The position numbers and the translations under genes were made by a program. Below are positions 39,281-53,436 of a DNA stretch of 64,000 nt, one piece after another. The stretch is taken from positions 16,678,001 through 16,742,000 of the forward strand of contig JAQFVV010000010.1 in assembly GCA_028023455.1 (NCBI GenBank). The letters run 5' to 3'. Every line of letters starts with the position of its first letter. Position 1 is the stretch's first letter. The DNA is from Epiperipatus broadwayi. Lineage: Eukaryota; Animalia; Onychophora. The notes below the pieces were generated by a model. That model saw only the letters and a list, made by a program, of their open reading frames with translations, did not search any database and was not told where the DNA came from.

Positions 39281-41941
39281 TGTTATATTTTGTAAAAATA
39301 TTTATATTTACATTAATATAAGTTTGTGCACTCCAGAAAAAAATAGAAAATATATTAGGGAAATATATTTTAGATCGCTAATGATAAGCGTTAAATTTAA
39401 TGAATAAATTTACATTAATTGCAATAAGAACATAGTGATCAATAAATTCCAAGAAATTTGCTGATTACAAATATTTCTTGATAAAAGACTAATTAATCTA
39501 AAGAGATGGAGAATTGCCTTATATGGAAATAAATAATGTGTGTAATTAAAAGTTAAGATGAATTTCATCGTACGATAACAAACTATAAATAGAGTAAGCA
39601 ACAAAGTCAGTTGTTCTGATTTCCTGTGAACTTACCAAGTGAACTTAAATGACAATAGCTGAAAGAAGCTCAAGTGCCGGTGCAGCGCTCTAGTATAAAG
39701 CCAACATCTTCGCAAGTGGCAGCAGGACTGGGTCAAAGAGTTTGGGAAGCCGTGCAGAAAATCTACACAGTTGTGAAGTGCGTCGTAGAAATGAATCAAA
39801 AGCGAACTATATATATTGTATATGTGAGTAGCAAGAACTTTTCGCTATTATTATTTATTGTTTGCTGATCGCCCGGTCATAGTTGGAGACACGGTAAATT
39901 ATTGGTGCAGTCGTTAGGATACCTGTGAGTAGTGAATAAACTAAGTTGTGAAAGTTAACAATCTAGGGAATACTGAAAATGTCACTAGATCAGTTAGTAA
40001 TAACGCAATTTGATGTGACTAATCCTAGTCAGTGGCCATGATACGCCATGCAGATGAAAAATTTCTTCTAATTAAATGGAGTCAAAGACAATAAGAGGAA
40101 GATAGTTATATTGATGTGTATGTCAGCACTAACTGTCATTGGCATTATAAACAAGTATTTCAACATATCCATAGCAGAAGAAATAAGATATGAACCATAA
40201 TTATTAAGCTGAAAGAACATTTTAATCCCAGACCATCCAGACACATTGCCAGATTAGATTTAAGAAACAGGAGGCAATGGAAGGGCAAATCGATAAAACA
40301 GTTTGGAATCGTATTAAAAGAACTGTCTAAAGAGTGTGGATATAGCGAGTTTGTAGATGAAATTCTGCTTGATCAATTAATCTGGGGCATGTCAGAGAAC
40401 AGACTTCATCAAAACCTGCTTGCCAATGCAGAATTAAAGTTCGAAGAAGCCATTAAAAAGGGAGTGGCCCATGAACTTGTCGTGGAACAGGTGATGGTTT
40501 TCAGTAACGAAAATTATAGCAAAACAACGGTGTATAAGATGGAGCGTGAAACATAAATTAAAAATACTTGCTGTGCGAACAAAGCTTTTTTGATAAAAGT
40601 AAAGTGCTTTTTGATGTGGAAAACTAGGGCACTTCAAAAAGGACTTTAGATTTAAACATGCACAATGCCATATCTGTAAACAGAAAGGCAATCTTGCATA
40701 TACATGTAGAGAATCACCAGAAAGGGATAGTCGACAAAGAAAATGTAATCCAGGCACAAATAGTAAAATGTATAGCATTAACTATATCAACTAAGGGACA
40801 AAGCATTGCCGAGAGGGATAGGACCATTTCGCAAGGATATCACCCCAAACATAGGATCAGAAAACAGAATAACATGAAATATCAAATAGAGATCACAAAA
40901 TTACAGACCAAACTGCAAGAATTGGGATAAACAGTGAACCTATTAGAAAAAAATCAGTCTTGGAATCCAGAAATAGTGAATTATATAATAAGCTGGAGCA
41001 GAAATTACAAAAAAAACCAGTGTTTATTGCAGATGAATAATCAGCTCTTAAAGAAACTGAAGAATGGAAGGAAAAGTAAAAGAATTATCTGAACAGGTAG
41101 CAGCAGTATGAAATGGAACTACAAGAAACGATGGCTTAAAGTGAAAATGAAATAGACACTTTCAAAGATTTTTTTAGAAGAATGGCAATTTTAGATAGTG
41201 AGCTGCTGGACACAAAAACCAAAGAACAAGAAAAACACCCAGAGTTTCTCCAAGTGGGAGAAAAAAGCACTCAAGATGGCGAGGAAAAAGAAGAGTTTAT
41301 ATAATTTTCAAGATTACATCGATTAATCAATCGGAAAAGGATTTTTCTGGAGTGGTGGGGGTGTTATATTTTGTAAAAATATTTATATTTACATTAGTAT
41401 AAGTTTGTGCACTCCAGAAAAAATAGAAAATATAATAGAGAAATATATTTTAGATCACTAACTGATAAGCGTTAAATTCCAAGAAATTTGCTGATTACAA
41501 ATATTTCTTGGTAAGAAACTAATCTAAAGAGATGGGGAATTGCCTTATATGGAAATGTCATTAATTGTGTAATTAAAAACTAAGATGAATTCCATCGTAC
41601 GATATCAAACTATAAATAGAGTAAGCAACAAAGTGCGTTGTTCTGATTTGCAGTGAACTTACCAAGTGAACGAGTGCAGAGAGAACTTGATTGACAATAA
41701 CTGAAAGCTTAAGTGCCAGTGCAGTGCTGTAGTGCGAAGCCAACGTGTTCGCAAGCACCAGCAGGACTGGGTCAAAGAGTTTGGGAAGCCGTGCAGAAAG
41801 TAGACAGTTGTGAAGTGCATCGGAGAAGTGAATCAAAAGTGAACTATATATATATATTGTGTATGTGAATAGCAAGAACTTTTCGCTATTATTGTTTATT
41901 GAATATTTGTTGACTAGTGGCCTGGTCATAGTTGGGGACTA
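39281..41941 (+). mobile_element. Non-autonomous Ty3/gypsy-type LTR element encoding only a decayed gag
   Basis: Direct LTRs at about 39281-39897 and 41362-41941, both starting TGTTATATTTTG. The PBS is at 39903 and the PPT GGAGTGGTGGGGG at 41349-41361. The internal region has gag blocks (LKEHFNPRPS...ECGYSEFVDEILLDQLIWG; knuckle CHICKQKGNLAYTC). Candidate TSD ATTAT; the right LTR end is ambiguous. Confidence 0.88.
39903..39920 (+). promoter_or_regulatory. Primer-binding site complementary to the tRNA-Ser 3' end
   Basis: TGGTGCAGTCGTTAGGAT directly follows the 5' LTR. It differs at 2 of 18 positions from TGGCGCAGTCGGTAGGAT, the complement of the invertebrate tRNA-Ser 3' end as I recall it. 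Confidence 0.7.
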
Positions 41942-44059
41942 ATTATCTTCTAGCCAATGCCAATCTTAGGGCATATAAAGCAATCATTAAACTTTTATAT
42001 GCACACACACATATAAGTATTAAAATATCATAATCTTAAATGATAGGATTCCGATACAAGCTGATCATCATCAATGCTCTGGTCATATGGTATCACAAAT
42101 GTACTGACCACCTATAAACTAATTTCTAATCTGTACATATAAAGTGCAGTAAAGAGACTGCATATATTGTAACAGGAACTGCTCCTTATTAAACAATTGG
42201 TAATAAACCAGTTGACAGTAAAATGATGGAAAAAAATTCAGCAAATTAAATTTTCGTCTAGGAAAATTTAAAGATAACTAATGGGCGACCATGTACATGG
42301 TGGAGTGATTGAATACAATTTATTTTTAATTGAGAAGTCGGTACTAGTCGCAAGCAACAATCAAATCGAATATGCATAAAAACAAGTTTCCATACACATT
42401 CAATTATATTTCCTGATCACTACTCCCTCCACCTAATAATTTGTTACATTAACCAAATAAATAATCAGCTTAGTTTGGATGAAAAGTTACAAACAATAAA
42501 ATGATTAATAAGAACAAACAATTTTAATTAAAAAATAGAAATATGTGATAATAATAATGATAATAAAAAAACGTATTTACATATTTACAATTAAGAAAAT
42601 TATGTAGCAATCATCCGTGAGGGAAAAAATCTTTGTAACTTACAATTTCTTGGAAGATAGCTATAGAAAGTTCGGTTGATTTACTTTGTCTTTATGAGCT
42701 CACATATATATTTTGAATCTGTAAATGTGGGAACATGACCATTAATCATTAAATTTCAATGTCTGTTGGCAATTAACATTTTAGCTTCTTTTGGTTCCTT
42801 CTGAAGCAATTTTCTTATGAGAGTTTCCATTGCAATTTTCTTCTGAGCATTTAAAATAGGCAGTTTCGTAGAGTAATTTATAGAAGTACATTTCTATAGG
42901 ATAATCACTTTAGATGACTAATTTTCCTTTTATAGCAAGTAAATGTCAAATAGTTCTTCAGCATTCAATAGTGATGAATAGATGGGCAGAATCAAGGTTA
43001 ATTTTTAAAATTTAATTTACAGCTTAATATTTAACTACAATATGGAGAGGTCAGGGAAAGCATAAAATGCATTATATAAACTAAAAATCCTTAAAATTTT
43101 TTACTGACTTCTATCTAGTACAAGACATGTCAATGAAGTGTTACAATTCTTCCCACCGTTTTCTTGGAAAGCAGACGGATTTTAAAAGCTTCTAATTGGT
43201 TCCCATGTTTCTTTTATTTAAAATTGTAATATTATTTTTAAAATAATAAAGTAATAACACATTTTATCTTTACACTTGTTTTTTTTTTTAACATTTTAAA
43301 ACCACTTTAAAATTTATTCTTTATATATGACTTTTGATATTTTGAATGAAAAATATTTGGATTAAAGTAACGCCTGTAAACTCAGTCATGAGCGTTACAA
43401 TATAAAGTGCAGTGAAGAGATTTTAAAAGTTAATGTTGACTTTTGTGCCATCCAAGAACCACGTGGATGTTCAAACACAAACATATATCCCCACATACAT
43501 ATAAATTAAGAGTTTGTTCTACAACTAGCTCAGGATTACAGGAATCCCAGGAACTGTAACTAACAGAAAATTTAAACATATATGTTTAATTTATTTTAAA
43601 TAGTTTTACTCTACACATCCCACACAATGCTATGATGAAATCACATCGCCCAGACTGCCAATTCATTGAACACATTGTTGGAAGAATAAAGTTAATCAAT
43701 AAATATTAAAATTCAGAAAAGATATGACAATTCCATATATTAAAAAATGTATAATTTCATATAGTAAATAAGATTAACCTGTTTATTCTTAATATTAAAT
43801 TAAATAACATTTACATTTATTCTTCCTTTTTAATAATTAAATTTGAAAAACATTTCACAGTAAAGGATAAAAATTTATACGATTAGATAAAAACTTATTT
43901 CTTTATGAAAATGGAAAGGTCACATACATTTTAACATTTTGAGAGAAGACAAAATAAAAATAAAAACATGTTTCAACAAAAAAAAAACCCTAAATCAAAA
44001 TTATTGATTACTATCAGTTATTACTTCTATTAAATATTATTTATGAATGCAAATGTAAA

Positions 44060-47000
44060 CACCACATACCGTATTACCATGAATTTCCTTCTTTTAGTTC
44101 TCTTGTAGTTATGATTTTAAGTTTCTTTTCAGACCAGTTTTTCCTTCTGGTTTCTTCAAATGTTCAGATTAAAATTATAATGATAATTTCCAGAATAAGT
44201 TAGCACCAGTTCAATTTATCCACTATTTCTATTAAAAGTTCTTCCAATATTGTCTTTTGTAACTTCAAGTTTTAGTTTAAGTGATAACCTCTAAATTAAC
44301 AATTTCCAAGTGAGGTTAACACAAGTTAAATTCATCCATTTCACGATATAATAATTTTCATATAACACAGATTTCCCGTGCCAGGTTGGCATATGCAGAG
44401 ATAGTCATGATTTTGGATTGACATATAAGGTTTATTGCAATTTTCTCCAAGGGATATTTTACATTTTCTTTTAGTAAATCAGATTACATGTTGGACTGGT
44501 GATGCTTAGTTTTAAACTAAAGCTTAGCATATGGTTTCCTTCATATTCATTTCAAAAAACAATTTTTTAATAATTAGTAATGAGGTTAATCTTACTTCAG
44601 ACCAAAGTCAATTTCTCACTGTTCTCTGGAGAGTCAAATTCTTACTGCTACTTTTCTTCTCAATCTCAATAGCAGACCCAAGAAGGTTTGCTACTGACTA
44701 GACACTGAAGTCTACCTCCTTTAACCTATTCCCTATCTTATTTTTTGAACAGTCTTGCTATCCATCTAATTACACTCTCAAAAATGGCTAAACCAATTGA
44801 TTCTATTTTTACAAAAAAGTTATTTACCTCCTTTTTTTAAATCAATTATAAAATTCCTATCACACCATTAAAAAATTCTTCTGTAGGTATTTTTCCATTT
44901 TTAATTACTAGAAATAGATAATCCTTTAGGTGTACTTTATTTTTAAAAAAACATTACATTCTTTAACGAGAAAAGAAAGAAAACTAATTAAAAACGGCAT
45001 TCTTTAACAAAAATGTGAAAAATTTTTTTTCTTTAATTTTAAAAACTGATAAACGTTACTTAAAATTTTATTAGCCTATATTCTCTTATTATTTTTTTAA
45101 AAGTTCAGTTTTACAACTACCCTTAATAAACATTAAAATTTGTCATACTATGAGTTAATGAATTGTCTACTTTCAATAAGTTTAATAATTACTATTAAAA
45201 AAAAAAAACACGAAAGAAATAATTCTCATTTCCCCATTCTAAATTTATTTGTTTTAAGGAGTTTATATCTGATTTGGCTACTGACTACAATATTACAATA
45301 ACTTTCTTTTAAAATGGTGAGACAATGAAAAGGAAATAAACATTTCATTTCTAATTACTTAAATTTTGTTATTAATGGTCACCTTAATGCTGAAGCTATA
45401 TCAACCCCAAAACAGTGGTCAATTGCATGCACAACTATATGGGTAATACATTCCGATAAGCAATCTGCCATGCATAAGAATTAAAAATCAGTATGACAAT
45501 ACTAATATGTACCTTTAATATTACCATATCAGAAACAAATGGATTATTGCTAAACACAAGTCTTCTGCCAAATGCGTAGCTCCAATTAACACATAGATAG
45601 CCCTGAGAAATCTCAACTGAGTCCCATTCAAGAGAAAGTGGTCATCTCTCCATATATAACTATAATGAATGAGTCCATGTAAATAGTATAAGTAGATGTA
45701 TATATAATTAATCCAATGTAGACATAATTGAGAAATGCACCATGAATCCATTTACACTCATCTCCTAGATGATCACAGATTGATACACCAACCACTTTTT
45801 GTTCCATTACTTTATCTCTCAATAGAGCAAAGTTTTAAAATTTCATCTTAAAATTTTAGGCAATTTATTTCTGTATTATTTAGAAGGAATAGACTAAAGG
45901 CATATTAATACATCTCACCCTCCTTAGTTTGCAATGAGGTTCCTTTCCTCAAGTTGCTAAAATTCATTTAATTTTATTTCAATCAACTCATGGCTGGCCT
46001 TATGGTCTTGAGAACATTTTATTTACATCTTTACTATTCAACTTTTAGTGTTTAATCACTTTTGCAAAAAAAAAAATTCCATATTAATAGCAAGCTGGTA
46101 ATCTTTATATCTATTTTGGGTTGTCACTTTTAGGATTTGAATCTTTTTTTTATTTATTTTTGGTGCACGTGTTTAGATAATTCAGCATTTTTAAAATCAT
46201 TTATCTTAAAACCAATCCAAAGTCACTGAAGTAGTAGGCCATCCTCATTGGTCTTCTAAATGTTCTTTACCTCTGTTGCTCTGTCCTGGAAATTTTTCAG
46301 AGAAAGTATCCTCATCCTGTGATTTAGAATATATTCTACCATCATAATCACAATTCATGTTGAACATGGATTTTTATTTTTGTTTTCTGGCTCTACTTCT
46401 TTCTGTAGCTATACCAGTACTTGTTACTTGGAGAGGAGAAACATCTAGTAATCCATCAGACATACCTGGTTTTTCCAGGTTTGGGTAAATATGACTTGCC
46501 TCACTGTGTGTTTTCCCCAAACCTGTATTTTTTCCTTTTAATACTCCACTATGGACTGAATCTGCGTATGTCATTTATGTCCATGTGTTTGTTTCATTTT
46601 CAATCTTATTTGTTGATTTGCTCTGTTGGTTAAAAATGCCTTCTTTATGATTGAAATATTCTGCTGGTACCTTCACAAGGATTGGTATATCAGTACCAAG
46701 AGAATCTGTTCGATCTTAAGAGGCAAATTCCTTCTTATTTTATGATCTGACCTTCAGTTAGAGAATGGGCAGTTAGGACTCAGTTTAGCCACTTACCTTC
46801 TGAAGAAAGTGGTATATGTCTCTTCCAACTATCTTTCCTATGAGACATACATTACACGTCCTTGATATTCTTCTGTCCAATAATGTCTTTATAATTTTAA
46901 AAAGGATTAGGCTTGGTGAACAAGGAATCCCACTGTAAATCTAAGATGCTCCCTGTGAGTGGTTGCATGCTATCACCATCTTACTTTCCTCTGATATCAT

Positions 47001-47830
47001 GTTTAAACTAAAATACTTTTCCAAAGTGTGTAAATGTTTAATGGGTGCTTCATCAGTCTAGCTCCTAAACATTTTTATTTTCAGGCATTGGTTCACTAAA
47101 CACTGCACCTCCCATCATATGGAACAGGGTTCAACATTGGCTATTCTTTTATAATTGTTTTGATTTCCATTTCATCTCCTTCAATGGAATTTGATATTGT
47201 TTGAACAACTTTTACCAATTCCAATTTCTTTAAACATAATGAGTTTTTATTTATTTATTTTTAATTCTTCATGTTCAACCTCTACCTTTTCCAAACGACA
47301 AATTATTTCTTCACATCTTCGGATTAAAATCCTTTAAAAAAAATTTATTTGTGTTAGTTCTTGCTGAACCTTTCTATTTCTTCATCCTTTTTCATTTTCA
47401 CTTTGTATCTCATTTACTTTTATTACAATTTCCTTTATATTCACCTACATATTTATTATAGCTTCTTCATTAGATTTTATATTTTGTTCATTTTGTGCTG
47501 TTCATTCAAGCATTTGAATTTCTATCTTGTCCAGTTTCTCTTTGTGTTCTATTTGGTTTATTTTTTGTGATTTGATGTGATCTATCTTTTTTAGCATTTA
47601 GCCATGTCTTTTAATATAGCTTGAGTTTCAATCATTATTTCCTCTTTTACTTTTTTTAGTGTTACCACCATTATTTGCTTAAATTTCTTTATTTCCTTTT
47701 ATCATTTCGTTTATGTTTTCACTTTTTTTCTGTTTTCATTTATCTTTCTTTCCATTGCTTGCTGACTTTCTTTTGTAATGTAATGGTTCTCTTCTTTATT
47801 TTTTTAAAATATTTTCTCTGTTTTACAATG
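44060..47830 (-). mobile_element. Long, heavily decayed LINE (coiled-coil ORF1 region, APE, RT; CR1/L2-like)
   Basis: On the minus strand, a purine-rich coiled-coil-like ORF1 region (47300-47800) is followed by APE-like GGAV near 47110, RT-like blocks at 45400-45950 and an LY....RS...Y....W block near 44380-44430. No intact ORF; clade assignment is tentative. Confidence 0.5.
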
Positions 47831-48470
47831 TCATAATTCATGTCAACAACTATTCAACTAATAAGAAAATATAGTAATAAAATCCATAAAAATCGATTTA
47901 AAAAAAGGGTAAAACCTGGAAGGATAAAAGCAACTATAATTGGATTTTCAGGATAATTACTGACTAATTTTAACCTCTTATTTAAAAATAGTGTAAAATA
48001 ACAAATTAAGCCTTTAAATTTATTTAAAAGATTATTAAAAAAATAATGAATGTGTAATTTAATTGAAAGATGTTGCATTTTATGTAATATTAATAAGAGA
48101 AATTTGATTATCATTTGCTAAAAAAGTAATAAAAAAAGATTAAGGTTACACAAGTTATAACTCGATAAAAAAAATGACATAATATACAATTAGTTAATAT
48201 TAAAGACTAACAAAATAATAATAATAATTTTCAATTGAAGATATAAATGCTAAAATGTTAAGTATGATTATTTCAGACAAGAGTATAGATGATTATTATT
48301 TAGAATGATGAAAAGAAAAAAAAGTTTAATCAAAAATAAAGTATCAATTACTTTCCAGTCATAAAATATAACTATTGTGTAACTTTATTTATAAAGAATA
48401 ATTACAAAGTGGGATTCAAAAATAACCAGAATTTTGTAATAAAAAATTGTGTTATTATTTTTAAATGTTA

Positions 48471-49244
48471 CAAGCTGAATCCCTTTCAAAATACAGTCCA
48501 TTTAATGCAATGCATTGATATTAACATATTTTTCACTTTTCAAAGTAGTCCTGAAATTCTTTCAAAGTAATACCGTTTAACGCTTGCTTCATTATTCGTG
48601 AAAATAAAAAAAAGCGAAGTGAGATTGGGTGAATATGGCTGATGGATAAGCCGGGTCATGCGAATTTAATTTAGAAATTGCTTCACACTTAAGGCTTTAT
48701 GTGCTGGCACATTATCGTGGTAAAACTTTCACTCCCCATTAAGTCAAAAATCGTGACATTTCATTTTAGCACATCATACAAACTTTTCAGAACTTGTAGG
48801 TTTTAAATGTCTGGTTGTTAAATTCTGAGTAACAATGATGTTTGCATCTTAAAAAAAAAATCAACATCGTCTTGACATTGGACTTTACTCGCCATACCTT
48901 TTTGGACGTGGTGAATTTTTACATTAAACCACTCATCAACTTCTGTTTTTCCCACAGAAGCTTGCTTGTAGGCTGATTCAAGCATTACAATTATTTTCTT
49001 TGACATTTTCCCTAACAGAAAATAGAATTTCACTGCATTCCAAATTTTCAACCATTACAAAAATGAATAAATAAGCGAGCGACTCTTAAAAATATTTACT
49101 ATACCACAACATGACCTCTCGATGACAAACAGTTGGCAGCCTGGTGCAGGGAAGTCCTTTCAAGAGACATCGAATGGCAGAAATATGTACTTCCACATAC
49201 TCGCTCTCTAGAGAAAGATGCAGATTATTTTAGATCCCCCGCCA
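48471..49244 (-). mobile_element. Internally deleted mariner DNA transposon
   Basis: N-terminal HTH (AVKFYFLLGK....IVMLESAY..ASVGKTEVDEWF) and C-terminal HQPYSPNL..LFLF (mariner YSPDL motif). TA-flanked decayed TIRs; the catalytic middle is deleted. Confidence 0.85.
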
Positions 49245-49616
49245 TATGATTAGAGCACTACATTAGTCAGCCATGATGTAAATGCTAAATAAATTCCAAG
49301 TTCAAGTGACCAGATATGTGCATATTGTGTCATTAAATCAGTATTCATTTTATTTTTGTGTTTAGATTTTTAATTGTACTTCTGAATTTAGTTCTGCAGC
49401 CTAATTTTGCACATACATATAGAAATCATAAATGAAATGAGAATTTTGTCCAATATTAAATCCTGCTTAGTTGTTAATTTTTTTTGGATTGTGTTAGGAT
49501 GCAAATATTATATAATGAGCTTTATATATAAGAAAAAAATCAATGTGTAATAGTTATAGTCATAAAGTGAAAAGACAAACTTTTATAATTATTGTTAAGT
49601 GTGTGAATTTAATATA

Positions 49617-50790
49617 CACCTGGGTCTCAAGTTATGCGGTAGATAGGTTCCACAGAAAACCCGCATTAAAAAAAATCGCACAAAAATACTTAACTTACCT
49701 TGAAAAACGGGGGACACGTTCTGTAATTTTCAGAAATCGCATAAAAGCAAAGCAACGAGGAAAAATTACTTTAAAATTAGCATAAAAAAATTGATAAAAG
49801 ACAAACTTTTTTTATTAACTATAGTATTTAATTTTACATTTTTTCATATATATTTTAATCATTATCACTATTTGACAATATACAGTTCGTTTGTGAACTG
49901 GTAAGAAATCAGATTCGTCACAAGAGGAAGTACAATTAGTGCCACCTTCAGTCTTGTGCTGTGTTAATGGTTTTCTGTCAACAATATAATCGGTGATTAA
50001 ACTTTGAGATGATGATTTTACTAATTGTTTATAAAGCTTGTGATATCCAGAGACTTACAACAATTTAGCTCATGTTGGAATTTAAGAGATTGCTCATTGC
50101 ACAACCTCTCTCAGATTTCAGCATTTTCTGATGTTTTTCTTTGACTCACATATCAACGTAAAATCTATGATTAAATGATTATTACTTATCAGAAAATAAT
50201 AAATTGGTCTTCATTTGATAGATATTTTTCTTTACTACTGAAATATATTTTAAGTGTTCACATTTTGTTTCTATATTAAAAAAATGAGATCGCAATCAAA
50301 ACAAAAAGATTACACATTATCATTAGAAAGATTATTTGGTGTTATTTTCAGTTTACAAAATCAACAAAATCTTTGTTATTTCTGATTATTTTTAAAAATC
50401 TAAAAGAATATTTATTTCTGTTATATCTAACAAATTATGTTTTAAAAGTTTAACATTTTTGAATATTTATTGCGATATTTTTATACTCGTAAGTATAAAT
50501 CTATTATTATTATTTACTCATAAGTATAAGTAGGTTATTTACGAAGAAGCTAAGATTCTAAATAGTTTCAGGCCATATTCACATTAGCTGCTAATATAAC
50601 ATTATATTTTTGAAAAAAAAAAAAAGTATTTCAAGTCAAAATAAGTTATTAATAATTTTAATTCCTTGATATCTAATAAATATAGTGAAATATGAACTTT
50701 TTTGTCGCATAAAAGAAAACCCACATAAAAAGATATTCAGAAGAAACATGAATCGCATTAAAAAAATCCACATAAAATGAGACCCAGGTG
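49617..50790 (-). mobile_element. pogo/Tigger-like non-autonomous element, 1174 bp
   Basis: TA-CACCTGGGTCTCAAGTTATGCGG at the left end and CCACATAAAATGAGACCCAGGTG-TA at the right, with subterminal CGCATAAAA/CGCATTAAAAAAATC repeats. The internal part resembles a decayed transposase C-terminus, so strand and subfamily are tentative. Confidence 0.8.
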
Positions 50791-51010
50791 TATACAAGAA
50801 TAAGAGTTTTAAAAGATTTAAATATTAAATGGTGAGGATAAAGCTAGAATTAAGATTATCCTCTACAAATAATAATTATTTTAGAAGTATTATTTTTATA
50901 TCTTCTCTCTTTACTTTTTTTGCATTTCTTCATATATTTTTATATATTAATTTTTATAAATTTCCTCATATACACTTTAATGCAATTTTTATATAAATTC
51001 CTCAATTTTT

Positions 51011-51048
51011 CTAACAGTTTCGACTGTCCTGCAGTCATCATCATAGCT
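51011..51048 (-). ncRNA. Hammerhead-like motif at the Penelope 3' end (core mutated)
   Basis: Minus strand reads AGCT-ATGATGA-T-GACTG-CAGGA-CAGTC-GAAA-CTGTT-AG. It is the same unit as 54227-54266 but with C3 changed to A and stem I broken. Confidence 0.55.
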
Positions 51049-52585
51049 ACAACATTTAAACATATAATCATGTAACTATTATTTTATATAAAATATATGT
51101 ATTTTACATTATTATTCATATTTTATTTATAACTCTATATATTTACTTCCCTAATTATTTTATTATTTCTACTTCCTTTTTTTCTTCTTCTCTCCTATCA
51201 TTCTATATTATTCTTTAATATATCTCTATCACCTTTCTATTTTATTTTAATATCTATTAATCTAATTTCTTTCTTCCTTTGTATTATTTATCTATACTTA
51301 TTCTTTTATTAATAATTTTTATTTATTCTTATTCCTATCTTTATTAATTATTTTTATTTTTAATTTACTTATTCATTTTACGCACCTTTTTATAACCTTC
51401 CTTTTTATATTTATAACATTCTTTGTTTAATTCTTTAGCCTATTTTTCATATACTCCTTTAATGTAACTCCTTCTATTATCAATTTCTTTAACTTTTTAT
51501 CCTATTCTTTAAACTTTTTATTATTAAAAAACTTTATATATATTTTTTTCTATTATTACTAATATTTCCATAAAAATGTCTTTACCCCCCCCCCCCAAAT
51601 CTCTATTTAGATTTGTTTTATCTTCTTAATTAATATAACTTCTTTTATTTTTCTATCTCTTCTTTTATTAGTATAACCAATAATTTTTATGTTATCCCTC
51701 TCAAATATGTCCTGTTTCTATAAAATGCATATATATGCTTAATCAATCTTGTATAAATTGAATTTTTTGTTTCTCCTATGTATTTAGTTCTTATCTTATT
51801 ATTCTTATATGATCTAGATTCTAACTCATATATTCCATTTATATGTTTTTTCTATTCCTTTAATATATTTATTACCTAATATATCTATTAGATTTCTCTT
51901 TTTTTATTTACTATCTTATATTTAATCACATGATTATTTTTATTATTTTTTTTGTTCTTTACTATATTATTACTATATGTTTTTGCCTCTATATAGTCAT
52001 CATTTTTATTCTACTTTTCTTACATTTTTCTTCTCTTCTTCATTTTCTCCTTTATATCTTTTTCTGATATTTTTACATTTTTCTCTATTATTTTCTCTGG
52101 ATGTTCATTTTCTTTAAACTCTAACTATTTATATTTTATATTCTTCTTCATTTGAACAATAATTAATAGCTCTATAAACTCTTGTAGTAATACTACTTAT
52201 TTTATATTTATTATCCACATTAGAATTCCAATTAATTATATTATCTATATTCACTTTCTTATATACTGGTGTTTCTATTCTACATTTTCCTTTTTCATAT
52301 AATTTTTTTAATAATATATCCAAATATAACAACTTATTATCTTCTCTTTCTACTGTAAATTATATATTCTCATCCAATTTATTAATTTTTTCTAAAATAT
52401 TTGCCTTTCACTTTTATTAAAAATTAGTAAGTAATCATCCACATATTTTTTTTAACATTATTGATCCATTGCCCTAATCCATCATTATTTTTTCCATTCC
52501 TTCCATATATATATATTGCTTAATATCCCACTTAATGCCCCTCCTATCAATAATTATTTTTTCTGCTTAAAATATTCTCCATTAA

Positions 52586-53436
52586 CCTTTTAACTGTTTG
52601 ACTCGTTCTTAATCGAGGCAATTTTTGATACATATTCGTTAAATTCGTTTTTAATCGAGTAAATTTGACATCGCTGTAAATTGCTTAGTTTTTGGACTAC
52701 GTTTACGGTTTTGACGTCATTTTTTAGAACGCAAAAACTTTTATAATATACTGCCATCTATTGAATTATTTTACAAGTAAAAAATCAATTAATTGATGAT
52801 TTATGTCAAACAAAAACTAAGCACTGCCTTTTCACATCTTTTCTTGAATCTTATTGGCTGTTGAAATTTTGTAAACAAAAGAAAATGGAAAAGCTCCGCC
52901 TTCTCATCATCTTTTCTTGAATCTTATTGGCTGTTAAAATTTTTATATGGCTGCCAAAAATTAAAAATTTACTGAACGCTTTTGTTTTATTTTGAAAATG
53001 ATAAACGAATGTTTTAGAGCATTTTAAAAATATTTTTTGATGAAATACAAATAAAATACAAATTATTTTCATATAATATGTCAAAAATAAATATTATTTT
53101 ACAAAAATAGTTACGATTTTAGCAAGAATTATTTATTTATTGCAAAGTCGGGAAAAAAAAATCATAACGTGAAATTATGATTGCCGTTTCTTTTCATGTC
53201 AACCGTAACAAATATTTTTAAAATTAAAAATCAAAATTTATTTTTGAACAAACTTTCGTTTATTTTTATAATGTGAGAAATTACTAATATACTTTTTAAA
53301 AACGAAACTAAAGTGAATATATTTAAAAAAACGGTCAATAACTTTTGAAAAATTGATACATTATTTTGTGCATCGGCTAATTAAAAGCTTTGAGTGATAC
53401 CACCTGCAGCGAATGAACAATTGGACAGTTAAAGGG
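52586..53436. mobile_element. piggyBac-type MITE, 851 bp
   Basis: TTAA TSD at 52582-52585 and 53437-53440. TIRs are CCTTTTAACTGT and ACAGTTAAAGGG (11/12). There is an internal ~35-bp direct repeat (catcttttcttgaatcttattggctgtt). Confidence 0.9.
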
